Positions 21,301-33,500 of a stretch of 54,749 bases of DNA are shown here, in pieces (positions within the stretch are counted from its first letter, which is position 1; each line of letters begins with the position of its first letter). The notes beneath the pieces are model-generated. The model was not told the DNA's origin, did no database searches, and saw only the letters and a list, made by a program, of their open reading frames with translations. The stretch is from Prorocentrum cordatum (lineage: Eukaryota). Location of the stretch: positions 62,001-116,749 of the forward strand of contig CAUYUJ010000216.1 of NCBI GenBank assembly GCA_963575745.1, in the 5' to 3' direction. The position numbers and the translations under genes were made by a program.

Positions 21301-21922
21301 TTGATGAGAGACATCGCTTTGTCTATGTTTTCTTTCTCTCCTGGGGTTCTCCGGGGCGCACGTGTAGGCTTGGAGTTGCGTTTAGCCATGCTGCTCCGAG
21401 CCCTGCTCAGAAATTGATCCCAATCCCCATTATCAAACAAAACAACTCGTTGGCGTAAGTCGCGCTCACCCGCTTTCCCTCCATGGGCTGTAGGGTGTAG
21501 TAACATCCTGGGGAGCAGGAGAAATAATATCCATGCCCGTGTGCAGTCACCTTCCGCATTTTCATCTCTGTCCCAATGTAAATGCGTTCGTTCCACTTCA
21601 ACCAAGCATTGTGTTAGAATGCGCAGGAAGGCGCCCCGTATGCATTTTGGGATGGATTGCAGCGTCTGGATGCGGTTGTCGACCTCAGTCCGTATATCCA
21701 CTGCATCGATATGCCGCCAGCCATCCGGCAGACGAGCGACCCCAGGACGTCCTTGCATATGTGTTCCTCCCGATGTAGGTGGAAGGCGTGGTTCGGGGTG
21801 CCGTGGCGGTCGCGGTGGTGGAGTTTCACCCGATGTGGGTTGTGGTGGTCTTTCTGCGCGTCGGGTCGGAGGTGGACGTCGCTGTCGAAGACTGTCCGCC
21901 ATGTAATTGCGTATATCTGGCG
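18358..21922 (-). mobile_element. CRE-like RLE non-LTR retrotransposon copy B (RT + RLE, frameshifted), with (CCT)n-containing 3' UTR and poly(A) tail at 18358-18373
   Basis: RT motifs LKPNSRVRGISSGDTFRRLVAK, SIDGVGAFDHVSR, GGEQGDALMPALF, AYLDDIY, GIRVLG. Downstream PLRYAGLGL and AAYWASWAD. RLE motifs RLDLIVPG..LFCDVT..ETYGRWG. Stop at 18550. Confidence 0.9.
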
Positions 21923-22855
21923 GACTTGTAGCGATAGAATCTTCAAGATGGTCGGAGGCCAGACTTCGGTCAAGACCCAGCGTCGCCATAACAGAAATCG
22001 ATGTCGATATCTTCGAAACGAAGACCTGAAAGATTAGGTGGAGCGTCGAAGCGTCGGTCGGAACCGGGGTCGGGGAAAACGTAAATAGGTGGGGAGTTGG
22101 AGTCGGTATGTTCGCTATCCCTGCTTTTGCTCCTTCCTCTCCTTCACCCTGCTCGTCGTCGTCTCTGCCTGTCCGGTGCCCAGGAGTGACATTATATTGA
22201 TTGGCATTCGGGTTTCTGAGGGCTTTGCTTTGGGATTTCCCATGGGACCCCCCGCGGGACTTTTCACTATAGACCGCGCGGCCGACCAAAGCTGGGAATC
22301 GATACCATCGGAATCTGTGCCGAAATCGTTCCAACCTGATTGAATGCTGGCGTCGGAGCCGGGGTCGGAGCAAGAGTCGGAACACGGAGTTACCATCTGA
22401 GCTGATGTCGGGGGCATCGTAGGGCCTTCCTCGTGCACCTCTATCGGGTCTTTTAAGGGGAGTGCCGCGGGATCCTCTATAGAACTGTTTGCTACGGGTG
22501 GTTCCTTGGGAGCTCTCGTGAGAATTCCTATCGGCGTCCTGGTCGGAAGGTGGTGTCGGAATGATGGGAGAATAGGAGGTGGCAGCCGGAGTTGGAACGA
22601 AGTGAGGGGCGGGATCCAGGATCGTGTTTAGGCCAGTCGGGGAAGATGGGTGGAAACAGGTAGAAGAGATAATCAAACTCATCATCCTCTCCCCCCCTCC
22701 TGGCGGAGCGCATCTTCGACTTGATACCAATGCCGCAGGTATCCACATTGCACCATTGCCAAACATATCGTCGCACCCATAATATATGTAATCTTCACTG
22801 CATTGTGTAGGCCACAATGACATAGCTTTGCAATCGAATATTGCATAGATACGGT

Positions 22856-23392
22856 TTAATATGGACCATATGCGCCGTGTGCGGCCCGGGCCCGCGATGG
22901 GGGAATGCCCGCGAGTTGGTGCAAGAAGTCGGTCTCGGTCATCCTGGCGGCGGCGGCTCTCTGGAGCAGAGCGGCGCGGCCTCCGGTGGTCAACCCTCGA
23001 ATTACTTCCAATTGTGCTTCTTCCGTTTGTGCAAGCCGTGGCGGTAGTAAATATGGCGGTAAAGCGGGCCCGACTTGGCGTGAATATCCCGCGCACATCA
23101 TTCCCAAGATACCGAACACGATGCCAAGAAATACGCCAACTGCCAACCATCCATAGCATACCGCGAATGGGCCGAACCCCGGAGTAGAGTAGTATGTTGG
23201 GTTTTCTCCGCCGCAAATGGCGCCAGCGTGGACTGTTGCCAATTTGCATTCCCGTAGGAGCGTAGATAGGAATGCCAAGGCAGACACGGCCGCACCCATC
23301 GTATGTTGAGCTGCGCTGGAGGCCACACCAGTGACCGAAGACACCGCAGAGCCCCAATCCATGCCACCAAGCCTTTCGAACGCCCATTCCAT
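22856..23392 (-). CDS. 178-aa putative membrane protein of unknown function
   Basis: ATG-initiated ORF with hydrophobic segment WLAVGVFLGIVFGILGMMCAGY and a helical C-terminus. Confidence 0.45.
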   Translation of the reverse strand: MEWAFERLGGMDWGSAVSSVTGVASSAAQHTMGAAVSALAFLSTLLRECKLATVHAGAICGGENPTYYSTPGFGPFAVCYGWLAVGVFLGIVFGILGMMCAGYSRQVGPALPPYLLPPRLAQTEEAQLEVIRGLTTGGRAALLQRAAAARMTETDFLHQLAGIPPSRARAAHGAYGPY

Positions 23393-24298
23393 CCCGCGGT
23401 CCCTCCCGGCACGCTGTCGTAGGAATTGTCAGAGGTAAGTGGGGCAGGGGGCCGATGTAAGTGGTGAGTGAAAGGGGATGTGAGATGTAAGTGAAGGGGT
23501 GTAGACAGTGAGTGACAAAAGATGGGAGTAAGGGTATGGGGATGCGGAGCCCTTGAGCCCTTGAGCCCTCGAGCCCTTGCTCATCCTTTTTGTTTTGCTC
23601 CTCTTCCTCCTCCTCCTCCTCCGCCTCCGCCTCCTCCTCATCCTATTCATCTTCCGTCTTCCTACTCCATCCATCCATCTCGAAACAATGTCCAGGCGAG
23701 CTGACGTGATCAAGGAAGCGCGGCAACAAAGAGGACGGCCGAACCGTGCAAAAAGAGCGAGGAGGAGGAAGTGGATGGATAGGCTAATGGAGATAAACGA
23801 AGCGTGTAGATTTTTTCTCATTTCCGTTATATTTTTTCTTTTTCTCTAATTCGTGATTGTTCTTGACATTCATTTCACTTTTTAAATTCCGCCCATCCTC
23901 CCCATCTGTGATATCTTCCTGTTCTTTTTTCCCGGATGTATCCCTTCCCGTTCTTGCTTCACGTAATATTTTTTTAAAGTTCAAGCTTTCGTGCAACATT
24001 CACAGTTTGCTTTTCCATCGCCATATTTGCCGGTTCGTAAAGTTATTCGTGCCTTATTGCGTCATGTGCGGCATTGCGGTTTCCCAATGCGTGTTCGGAA
24101 TCACAACTGGCGGGTTGGCAGTGCAAGACGCATCAAATAGCGATGCGATGATAGGACATTTCCTGCGCGAGCACCAAAACAGACATCGGCAAACTTGACA
24201 TTTGCGGCCGCAAATAAAGAAAGAGAAGGAAGAAAACGAAGGAAAAAAAGGACAAACAAACTATGGGAGGGGATAGAAGGAAAAAAAAGAAGGAAAAA

Positions 24299-24306
24299 GA
24301 AGAGAT

Positions 24307-24381
<75 letters not shown>

Positions 24382-24563
24382 AAGGAGATAGCCAGAGATA
24401 GATAGAGATAGAGAGAATATATATATATCTATATCAGAGAGAGAGAGAGAGGAGAGAGAGAGAGAAGATTAGAGAAGAGAAGAGAAAGATAGCAAGGATA
24501 GAAATAGAGAGAAGCGAAGAGAGAGAGAGAGATAGAGAGAGAGAGAGAAAAAAAGAGAGAGAA

Positions 24564-24601
<38 letters not shown>

Positions 24602-24680
24602 AAAGAACACCAAAGAGAAAGATAAAGAGAAAGAGAAATAAAAAAAGAGAAAAGAAATTGAGAGAGTAGAGAGAAAAAAT

Positions 24681-24715
<35 letters not shown>

Positions 24716-24720
24716 CGAGG

Positions 24721-24775
<55 letters not shown>

Positions 24776-24822
24776 TAGAGAGAGAGAGAAGAGAAGAGAA
24801 GCGAAGAGAAGAGAGAGAGAGC

Positions 24823-24855
<33 letters not shown>

Positions 24856-24891
24856 GAGAGAGCAGAGAGAGAATAGAGAGAAGAGAGAGAG

Positions 24892-24958
<67 letters not shown>
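24299..24958 (+). repeat. Imperfect (GA)n microsatellite abutting the LINE 3' end
   Basis: Directly visible. Confidence 0.95.
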
Positions 24959-24960
<2 letters not shown>

Positions 24961-25325
24961 GACAAGTAGGCGGACCAGGGTCCGTCCGCGAGGCGCACTG
25001 CGGTGCGACAACTCGCTAAACACTATTTGCGGCGGTGCAGCCTTTAGAAACGAGGGCGGGCAACAAAAAACCCCTCCCCCGGCGCAGTGCGACAGACGCT
25101 ACAGACGGCGGACAGACGGTGATGATCTCACCTGTCAGACCGCGTAAAGAAAGAGGCACCAACAAGAAAGGCGACGTGCTGACACGTGGCTAGGCGGCTT
25201 GGCAGACCGCCAGTTGGGCGCTTGGCCGCAAAGCGGCGCGCAGTGACGGGGCACCCCCCGCCCCCACGCCCTGACGCCGTGGACGCGGAGCCACGCGTAC
25301 ACACGGGCAGGCAGAAAGGAGGAGA

Positions 25326-28300
25326 TTAGCGCGGGGCACCAGGTGGAGCGCCGCGGAACGATGACAGCATAGCTTGGATGGTGAGTGACGGCACGGCACC
25401 ATCAGGCGAGGGCGTAAGCAGCTCGGCGAAGGCTCGCCCGGCGCTGTGGAGGCGCTGGAGTAGAGGGCCTTGACGGGCTTGAGCGGCGGCAAGGTCCGCG
25501 GCGAGAGCAGCACGCCTCTGCTGGAGAGCGGCCATAGCCTGGGACAGCTCGGTTTCGCGGTCGGTGAGGGGAGGTTGCTCAGTGCCAGCGGCTGCGGGCC
25601 TCGTGACAGGGGTGTGGTCCTCGGTACGCCTGGCCAGGTGGTGGACTAGCGTAGTACGGCACCCCGTATGCTGACGTACGTCATCCTTGAAGGGTGACTG
25701 AAGGGGAGCACGCGGCCCCAGGGCTGGAGCCGCTAGGGTCAAGCCCCGAGAGGTCGGAAGAGCTGCGTCCTCTCGCTCAGCAACAGTGGAAGCGTGGGCG
25801 GGGTGCGAGGGCCTGCCTGGTTTAGTGCCCTGCGGGGGGGCTGAAGCCGCCCCCGCGGGCTGCCGCTGGTGGAGGGGCGGAATGGTTTGCGCGGTGGGGC
25901 CAATCCTGATGCCGTACGAGGGCTCTGAGGCCAGCCGCGTAGTAGGGTGGCGCCTCGATAGGGCAGCATGGTCGGCAGTGTGAGATGTCGGCGGTGCGTC
26001 GTCAATTCCACTTAGTCCGCGGGGGTCACCCTGGTCGTCGTCGGCGTCTTGGCGGTGACCGATATCGACATATGGGAGCGATGTCGCTCTCGGAGACGGA
26101 GTCGCGGTAGGCGTCGAGAGGTTGCCCGACGGGGCAGGGTTGTCGCTGGCTGGGCCGTCGTCCAAGACGTCCAATCCCCCACCGAAGCTGGACGGGTCGT
26201 CCTCCTGTTCGTCAGCGTCTTGGGGGTGAGCGGCGTCGTCATGTGGGTGCGGTGCCGCACTCGGTGGCGGCGTCGAGGGCTTCGTGCGGATGCCCGACGG
26301 GGCAAGGTTGGCGCTGGCTGGCCCGTCGCCTAGGAAGTCAAGTCCCCCGCCAAAGCCGAACGGGTCGTCCTCCTGTTCGTCGAATAACGCCCGTTGGGCC
26401 TCGGCCCAGAGCTCGTCCGGGTTCTGTGGGATGTCTGGTCCAGCCGCGGGTGGTGCCTGGTCCGACAGCAGGGGGTTTGGTTCCATTTTGTTGAGTTCCG
26501 CAGCTGTAAACCCAGCCCTGCGGTGTGGGAGCGGGAGTGTGCGGTGTCTGCGCTCGTAGATGGCGACAGCGACCCCGTGAAGCACGGTCGCTTGGCGATG
26601 TCGTGTTTTGGCAGCTTCGACAATGTCGTCTGGAAGGTTGTGAGTGCGTGCCGCCGTTGTGGCGAGGGCGTCAGCCTGACGATTGAACTCCTCCGCAATG
26701 GGCCCGATGAGCCCGAGGTCGATGCCCATGTCTCCCAGGTGGCTGGCGATTTTCTCGACGCGGAACATGTTTGGCTTGGCCATAACACATCGGTGGATCT
26801 TTTCCCAGAGGTCCACATGCGTGCCCTGCGGCGCTGGATGTCCGTCGATGATGCTTTGGAACCCATCGACCACTGCCTGGTTGTCGACGAAAACGTGCAC
26901 GGGTCGTTCGGCACATGCCGTAAGGTGGACGATGGCGAGGGTCTCCGCCACCTGGGCGTTCTGCGTTAGGCCGTGGACGCGTGCACTGTAGTTCATGCGA
27001 TGGTCGATGCCGTAGTAGACGCCGTAACCCGCTCGTGCTAGCAAAGGGATGGCTTGGTTGGTACATGCACCGTCTGTGGCAGCGTAGACCCATGTCCAAC
27101 CAGTGTCGTGGTCGAGGTAGGTGGTGTAGGTGTCCTGGGCTGAAGCCGCAGGATCTCCCTCAGGGGGAGGCCGCGGCATGGGCTGTGGCAGCGGGTCCCT
27201 CGCGAGGTCAGCCTGCAGGTCAAGGAGGGCTGGATCTTCGTCGAAGAGCCCGCAGTGTCTTGTGTGCGGCGGGAGACGGGCCCACTGGTCGTCACTGATG
27301 AGGATGGTGAGAGGGAGTCTTTCTCGGGCCCAGCACTTGCAGTCACGAACAGTGTGCTCCTGAGTTTCCTCTTCCTCGTCGCAGTATCGGCAGACGGGGC
27401 TGGGGTCGGCTGACGTGTTTGATCGGGATCGTCGCTGTTGGGTGTGGTCTCCGCCCGACAGGTAGTTCAGGAGGAGCGCCAGCTGCCAGGCCGTGCATTT
27501 GGCTGCTCCTTTGGTTCGGGCGAGCCACGTGCTGGCGAAGAGGTCGAGGCCTTGTTTGACAGAGGCAAGGTATCCAAGGTCGTGTCGCCGTGGCTTGATC
27601 CTCCGCAGGAAGGCTCTGCGTTGTGAGGCCCGCAGCATGTGAAGGAAAGCGTTTTGGGGTAATTCAGCCAGCTGATCTGGCAGCCCCAGTCGTCGTACAT
27701 GATGCCAAATGTGGGCCAGGTCCATCGGAGCTGCTGGAGCGACTGGACGAGTCGTCCGACGGGTCCTCCACCACACAGGGTCTGGACGTGGTGTTGAAGG
27801 TCTCTGGCGAACCCGCAGAGTGTAACGTCGCGGTTAACCTGTCGCCGCAGGCACAGGAATGCTTCACGCTGCGTGATGGCGTCGATCTCCAGGGCGTGTC
27901 CTGGGACGCACACGGCCATGAGAGTCCAGAACTCGACCCATTTGTTCCCCTTGGGGCGGATAGCCGCCTTGAGGGCGTGGTTGTAGGCAGTTTTGGCAGG
28001 GCCCGATGGTGCTTGAATGTCGGTGCCCGTGGTGCAGACACTGGCCGCAAGGGAACGGGCGTGCCGCGCCTTGATAAGCATCGGTGATGGGAGCTTGCCA
28101 ATGCGCGGCAGGCGAATAGTCGCCCTCCGAACACGGGCATCTGCGGTGGCCGTGAGGTTTAGCGCGGCTGGAACCAGCGCTGCCTCGGCGTTGATGTAAC
28201 TCCCGACGAGCTTGAAGGAATCGACCACACGTAGGGGCCGCTCCGCCAGAGTGAGCTGGGTGACGGCGGCGTGAAGTTCGTCGGTGAGCGCCCACCCTGC

Positions 28301-30182
28301 CACTTTACCAGGGTGGATGCGTTGACCTGAGAATCGATCAAACTTGGCGGTTTCGTCAAGAGATTTCTGCAGCTCAGACGCGGTGTGGGTGGTGGAGTTG
28401 CTGTCGTCAACAAAGGTAGTGCTGAGCGATCGAGGGACGTATCGATGCTGCCTCTTAGTCCACACGCACATGAGCAGCTTGATGTCATCCAGGGACCACG
28501 AGCTTCCCTGGAGGTGACCGTTAGTCCTGGCCAAGTCCTTAGAGTACGCTCCGTTCATGCGGATGTAGCGTTTGCGGTGGTTGTAGAAGTTTCGGCGGAC
28601 AGTAACGATGTCTTGAGGGCACCCCGCGTGGAGTGCAAGGTTAAGGCAGATGTCCGTGATGAGGTAATCGAAGCACTTCTGTCGGTCTAGGGCAGCTCCA
28701 GCTAAGGGGAGGAGCAAAGCCCTGGCGTGCTCGATGCGCAGGGCGAGAGAGGTGCTGACATCCCCAATGGTAGCTTTGGGAACAGCGCCGAAACTCGTGG
28801 CATGGGTCCATCCTTTCCGCCAGTCCGTGAGGCTACGGTAGGCTGGCGCTTCCCACGCGTACATCCAAACGGAGAGAACCGAGAGGAGTCGTTGGTCCGT
28901 CGGTAGTTCCCCTCGGCCTTTTCTGAGGCACGGGTTTGGCACGTGAAGGAGGGGTTCTGGGATGTTGCCAGTGCGTTGCATAGCACGTAAGACGCTGGCG
29001 AAGAGGCGAAGGATGTCGTCTGGTAACTCCTTGGCCTCCTTAGTTGTCCAGCCGTCGAGTCCCCCCGCGCGGCACGGTGGACGGTTCCGAATGAAGTGGA
29101 TGAGTTGGTCGTCGGTGAGGTGGAACGGGACTGCTGGTGATGGCGTAGGCAGCTCTTGTCGGTACTCGTCATAAAAGTCTGCCCACGTCGGCATGGCTTC
29201 GGCATCATGACCAGCACGAGCGCGGTACCTGCCCAAGATGGGCTCCCAAGTGTCGACCATGAGCTTAAGCATGTCTTTGGTATTGACCACAATGGCGTTG
29301 GCGGGAAGGGCGTCGGGAACCTGGGCAGGTGGTGGGTCACAAGTGTGGCCTTCGTCGTTGTCCGTGTCCAGCGAACTACCGTCGCTGGGGCTGAAGCCGC
29401 CAGCGTCGGTGTCAGCATCGCTGTCGTCCGTGCAAGCTGGGTCAGGGTTGAAGGCGGTGGTGTCGCAGTGGAGTTGCGTATCGTCGGGAGTGGTGGGCGT
29501 GCGGAGGTACGCCGTGGGCGAGCAGTCAGCAGCCCGTGCGTATATGGCCGCCTTTCGCCCGCTTGGCTCGCGGACACCCTCAGCCCAAATCTTGATGCGT
29601 TCAGCTTTGGCTCGGTTTGCACGTCGCGCCAGCTCTGAGTCAAGGTTTTGGATCAGACGGTCCAGGTGCTCTCCGTGCGGTGCTGGCTCGTCGGGGTTCC
29701 AGGCCTCAGGAAAGGCCAGGAGGACCGTGGGGCGCAGCTTGTGGCAGAGAAGGCGGGCCGCGGTCCACGCGCAGTCGATGCGCTGCGCCAGGTGAGGCGG
29801 GATGGCACGGCAGTCGATATGGTGGTGCTGTCCGATGAAGCGAAGCTCACAAAGTTGCCGATGGAGCTTGCGAAGGCGGTTCATGTGAATCGCGGAAGCT
29901 CCGTAGGTGGGAAAGGCGCGGGGGACAGCGGGTCGCTCCTCGAACGTGGGAGTGAGCCCGTGCATGGTAGGGGCCTTCTTTTTTGGGTGGTCTGGCGGCG
30001 GAGGTGGCAGGTCGCGCAGCCGAATGAGATGGCACTCATGGCTGGCCTCGTTTGCCAGGGCGAACATGCGTTCCACATCGTCGCGTGTGTCGGCCTGCAC
30101 CATGCGGTCCTGGTATCGCCCTGCGATTAGGGTCCCTAATGCCTGAAGTTCGTGGTCCTCATGAGCTCCACCGTTAAATAAG

Positions 30183-30228
<46 letters not shown>

Positions 30229-30241
30229 AAAAAAAAAACAA

Positions 30242-30289
<48 letters not shown>

Positions 30290-30325
30290 AAAAAAAAAAA
30301 CAAAAAAAAAAAAAAAAAAAAAAAA

Positions 30326-30377
<52 letters not shown>

Positions 30378-30392
30378 AAAAGAAACACAAAA

Positions 30393-30455
<63 letters not shown>

Positions 30456-30459
30456 AAAA

Positions 30460-30505
<46 letters not shown>

Positions 30506-30526
30506 AAAAAAAAAAAAAACTCAAAG

Positions 30527-30563
<37 letters not shown>

Positions 30564-33500
30564 AAGAAGAAACAAGGGGGTAGGCGTGGGGGCAAGAAGG
30601 CGTCGGGCCGTATGGTCGAGGCGACTGAGGTCGAGCGTGACCTGTAGGCCAACATGGGACTTCGCTGGCAAGTCGCGGAGATAGCAGAAGTCGGTGACAA
30701 GGGATCGCGCCGCTTGGTTGGCGATGATGTAATCGATGCGCGAAGTGCGGGGACACTTGGTGACACGGTCCCAGTCAGGGATATTGCCATATGTGTGCAT
30801 GGTGTGGTCAGGTGTGCCTTCAGCGACGTTAGACCATCCGTGTTGCATCATGTGCAGCAGGTGAGGATTGTCATCGATATTAGTGTTGGCGTCCATGCAA
30901 ATGAAATACGGGGCTGTGCCGACCCTCGCGGCGGCGCAGTCGGCTAGCCGAAACAAGTCGGTGCTGTCTCCTCCAGCGACCCCATAGAGGCTCGCTATGT
31001 AGATCCCAGCGGGCCCGTGGGTGTTTCTTCGCCGCCTGCGGCGGTGCTGGGTGCAGAGCGGGAGGAAGGCCTCGTGCCATCTTTTCTTGGCCTTGAGTGT
31101 GGCGATACAGGACGCAATATCGTCGACGGTGGAGTCGACGATGGCGTCCTTGGAGAGGATGGCGACCCCTCCCGATGCGCCAGTGTTGCCCTGGACTGTG
31201 TGGTCTGTGCCGCCGTGGGCAGCTTTGCGCTGGGCTCGCGCCAGATCCAGGTCAGGTCCCAGACTGGCATGATATCCCCCGTGGTGTGGGTTGGCAGCGG
31301 TGGTAACGATGGCTTGTTTGGTAGGCTTGGCATGTCGGGTCTCCTGCAGTGCTATGACTGCGGCGTTGTGGTCGACACCTAGAGCGGTGATGGTTGGCCA
31401 ATTTGCTGGGAGGCTCGTGATGTTGAGGCTGACGAGATGGATGGAGCGACCTGGCCCGTCTCCATCAGTGGAGCTGGGGTTGGCCCGTCCCGCACGGTGG
31501 AGGGCCGCCTGGCCCTTATCCAGGTAGGAGGCTTGGCCACAGTAGGCGCTCATGGCGTCCCTGCAGATTGGCTTGAACGGGGCTGAAGCCGCCGTCAGGC
31601 CGTAAGTATAGGCGGGGCATGGTCGACACTGCGCCAGGGGGGGTTCATAAACGTCGGCAAAACTGCATCGAAAAATCCTCCTCACTCCTGTACCGTGGGG
31701 GACCAGGGGAGGAGAGGTGAGACGGCAGCAGAGGGAGAGGGAGGCGACTCCTCGATCCGTCCTGCCGAACACAAGAGCAAAAGCAGACCAGCGGCGGCAG
31801 CTCGACGCGGCGGCGGCGCAACGCGCGCGCATATACTGCGCACGCGACACCGCTGGTCCGTCCTGCAGTGGCGCGCCCGCCCCGTCAGTACCGTGATGAG
31901 CAGCATCAGGTGGAACAGCTCGAGCAGCGCGGTCAGTGGCCTGGCGCTGGGCCTCGTCCATGCCCGCTGCCGTGAGACAAGCGTTGCGGACAGGACTGAC
32001 TCCACGCGGGGCCGCCGCTGCCGCGGCAGCGGCTGAGGTGGCGAGGGCGCCGCCACGACTCTGTGGAGAGAGCGGTGAGCCGCCGCCGAAACCCGCCGCG
32101 AGGTCCTTGACGCGGTACTTGTTCTTGAACGGGTCAAAGGTCGGCGCCTCGTCAATGGGGGTGACCACGCGGGTGGGCGGCGGCAGCTCCTGGTCCGTGG
32201 ACGGCGTCGGCTCGAGGTCAACCGCCTGGCCAGGTTCAATGGCGCTGGCACCAAAGCGTGGCACCGCCTCGGGGGCTTGGCGATCAGCCTGAGTCTCGCG
32301 GGGCGGCGAGCTCGGGGAGCTCCCAGGGGCCTTGCGTGAGCTGTGGCGACTGCAGGACCTGCTGCGCGGGACGCGCCCGCCCGTATGGCGGTCGCGTGGC
32401 GAGGTCGCCTGGGCGTTAGCGCGCGCAGAGTCCGCCCTGCTCGGGGAGCGGATCGGCGCTGCGCTGGGTGTTGGACTGGGCTGGCGGGGGCCGCCTGCGC
32501 CGCCCGCCGCCGAGGCTGCAGCCTGGTCAGGGTCGACAGCGTCAGGGCGGGGGCTGATGTGATGGGCACTTCCGTCGCTGTGCCGCGGGGAGGCGCTGTG
32601 GTGCGCCTGGGTGTACGTGAGGACGAGCGGGACAAGCGGCTGCCTCTCACGCTCAGGTGGGGCAGGTTTTGCCTGGGCAGGGCGCAGCGATGCGGCCACG
32701 TTTGGCGGGGGCGTGTGTTGGCGCGGTTGCCAAGCGCGCACGTTCGCATCGCGCCATCCTTCAGGGCGCCCTGTCCTGCCACGGCTTGGTGCAGCCCCCT
32801 GGGCTGAAGCCGCAGGGGTTAGCACTGCGGGCTGGTTGCTGGGTGCGCTGTCATGGCGGCCTGGGTAGTGGCCCCAGGCACGCGTGGACCCTGGCACGGG
32901 CGAGGTGGCCCGTGGGGGAGACTGCACGAGTGCCCGCGAGTGACCGATGGCCGCTGGATGCACCCTGGCGTGGGGGGCATGGCCGTAGCTGGAGGCGGCT
33001 GCTCCAGCCGCCGCGGGCTTGGCGCCAATGGGGCCACGGTAATAGGCGGCACCCCCGCCGTACACCGTGTTGCCGCCTGTCGGGACGCGCGCGGGGGAGC
33101 GGTTGCGTGGAGTGCTCGGCTGACCTGCGTCACGTTGGTCGCGCTGCTGAATGCGCTGCTGGTGCTGTTGGTAGCGCTGCTGGTCGGCTCTCGAGAGCGG
33201 GCGGGTGTCGGGGAGGACAGTGGGCACGACGGGCCGCCGCCAGCCCTGGTAGACGTGCTCGAAGGCGTGGTCTGGGTAAGTCTCCCCGACGGGTGAATAT
33301 CGCCGCACATGCTCCAATGTTCTGCGGCTCGGGGAGCGCCGTGATGTTTACGGCGCGCTGGTGCGCTGGTCCATAGAGACAGAAACTACCACGGTTGCTG
33401 CGGTCGTGATTCAGCTCGGCTTCGGTCGTGGCTCGGCTCACCATGGCGTCGCAGAGGCGCGTGTCGTAGTCGAGAGCTTGAGGCCCAGGTCCGCCCTCGG

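Noticed and set aside
20376..23387. 1003-aa ORF as one genuine protein
   Set aside because: Homology to copy A stops at 21922, and the upstream half overlaps a better-looking ORF in another frame, so it is probably a fortuitous fusion.
24200..24215. Perfect 16-bp palindrome ATTTGCGGCCGCAAAT
   Set aside because: Single occurrence with no supporting context.
30136..30756. Poly-Phe/poly-Lys ORF segments (also near 19200, 40000, 40900, 51500)
   Set aside because: They come from the A-tract inserts; the paralogous copy lacks them where comparison is possible.
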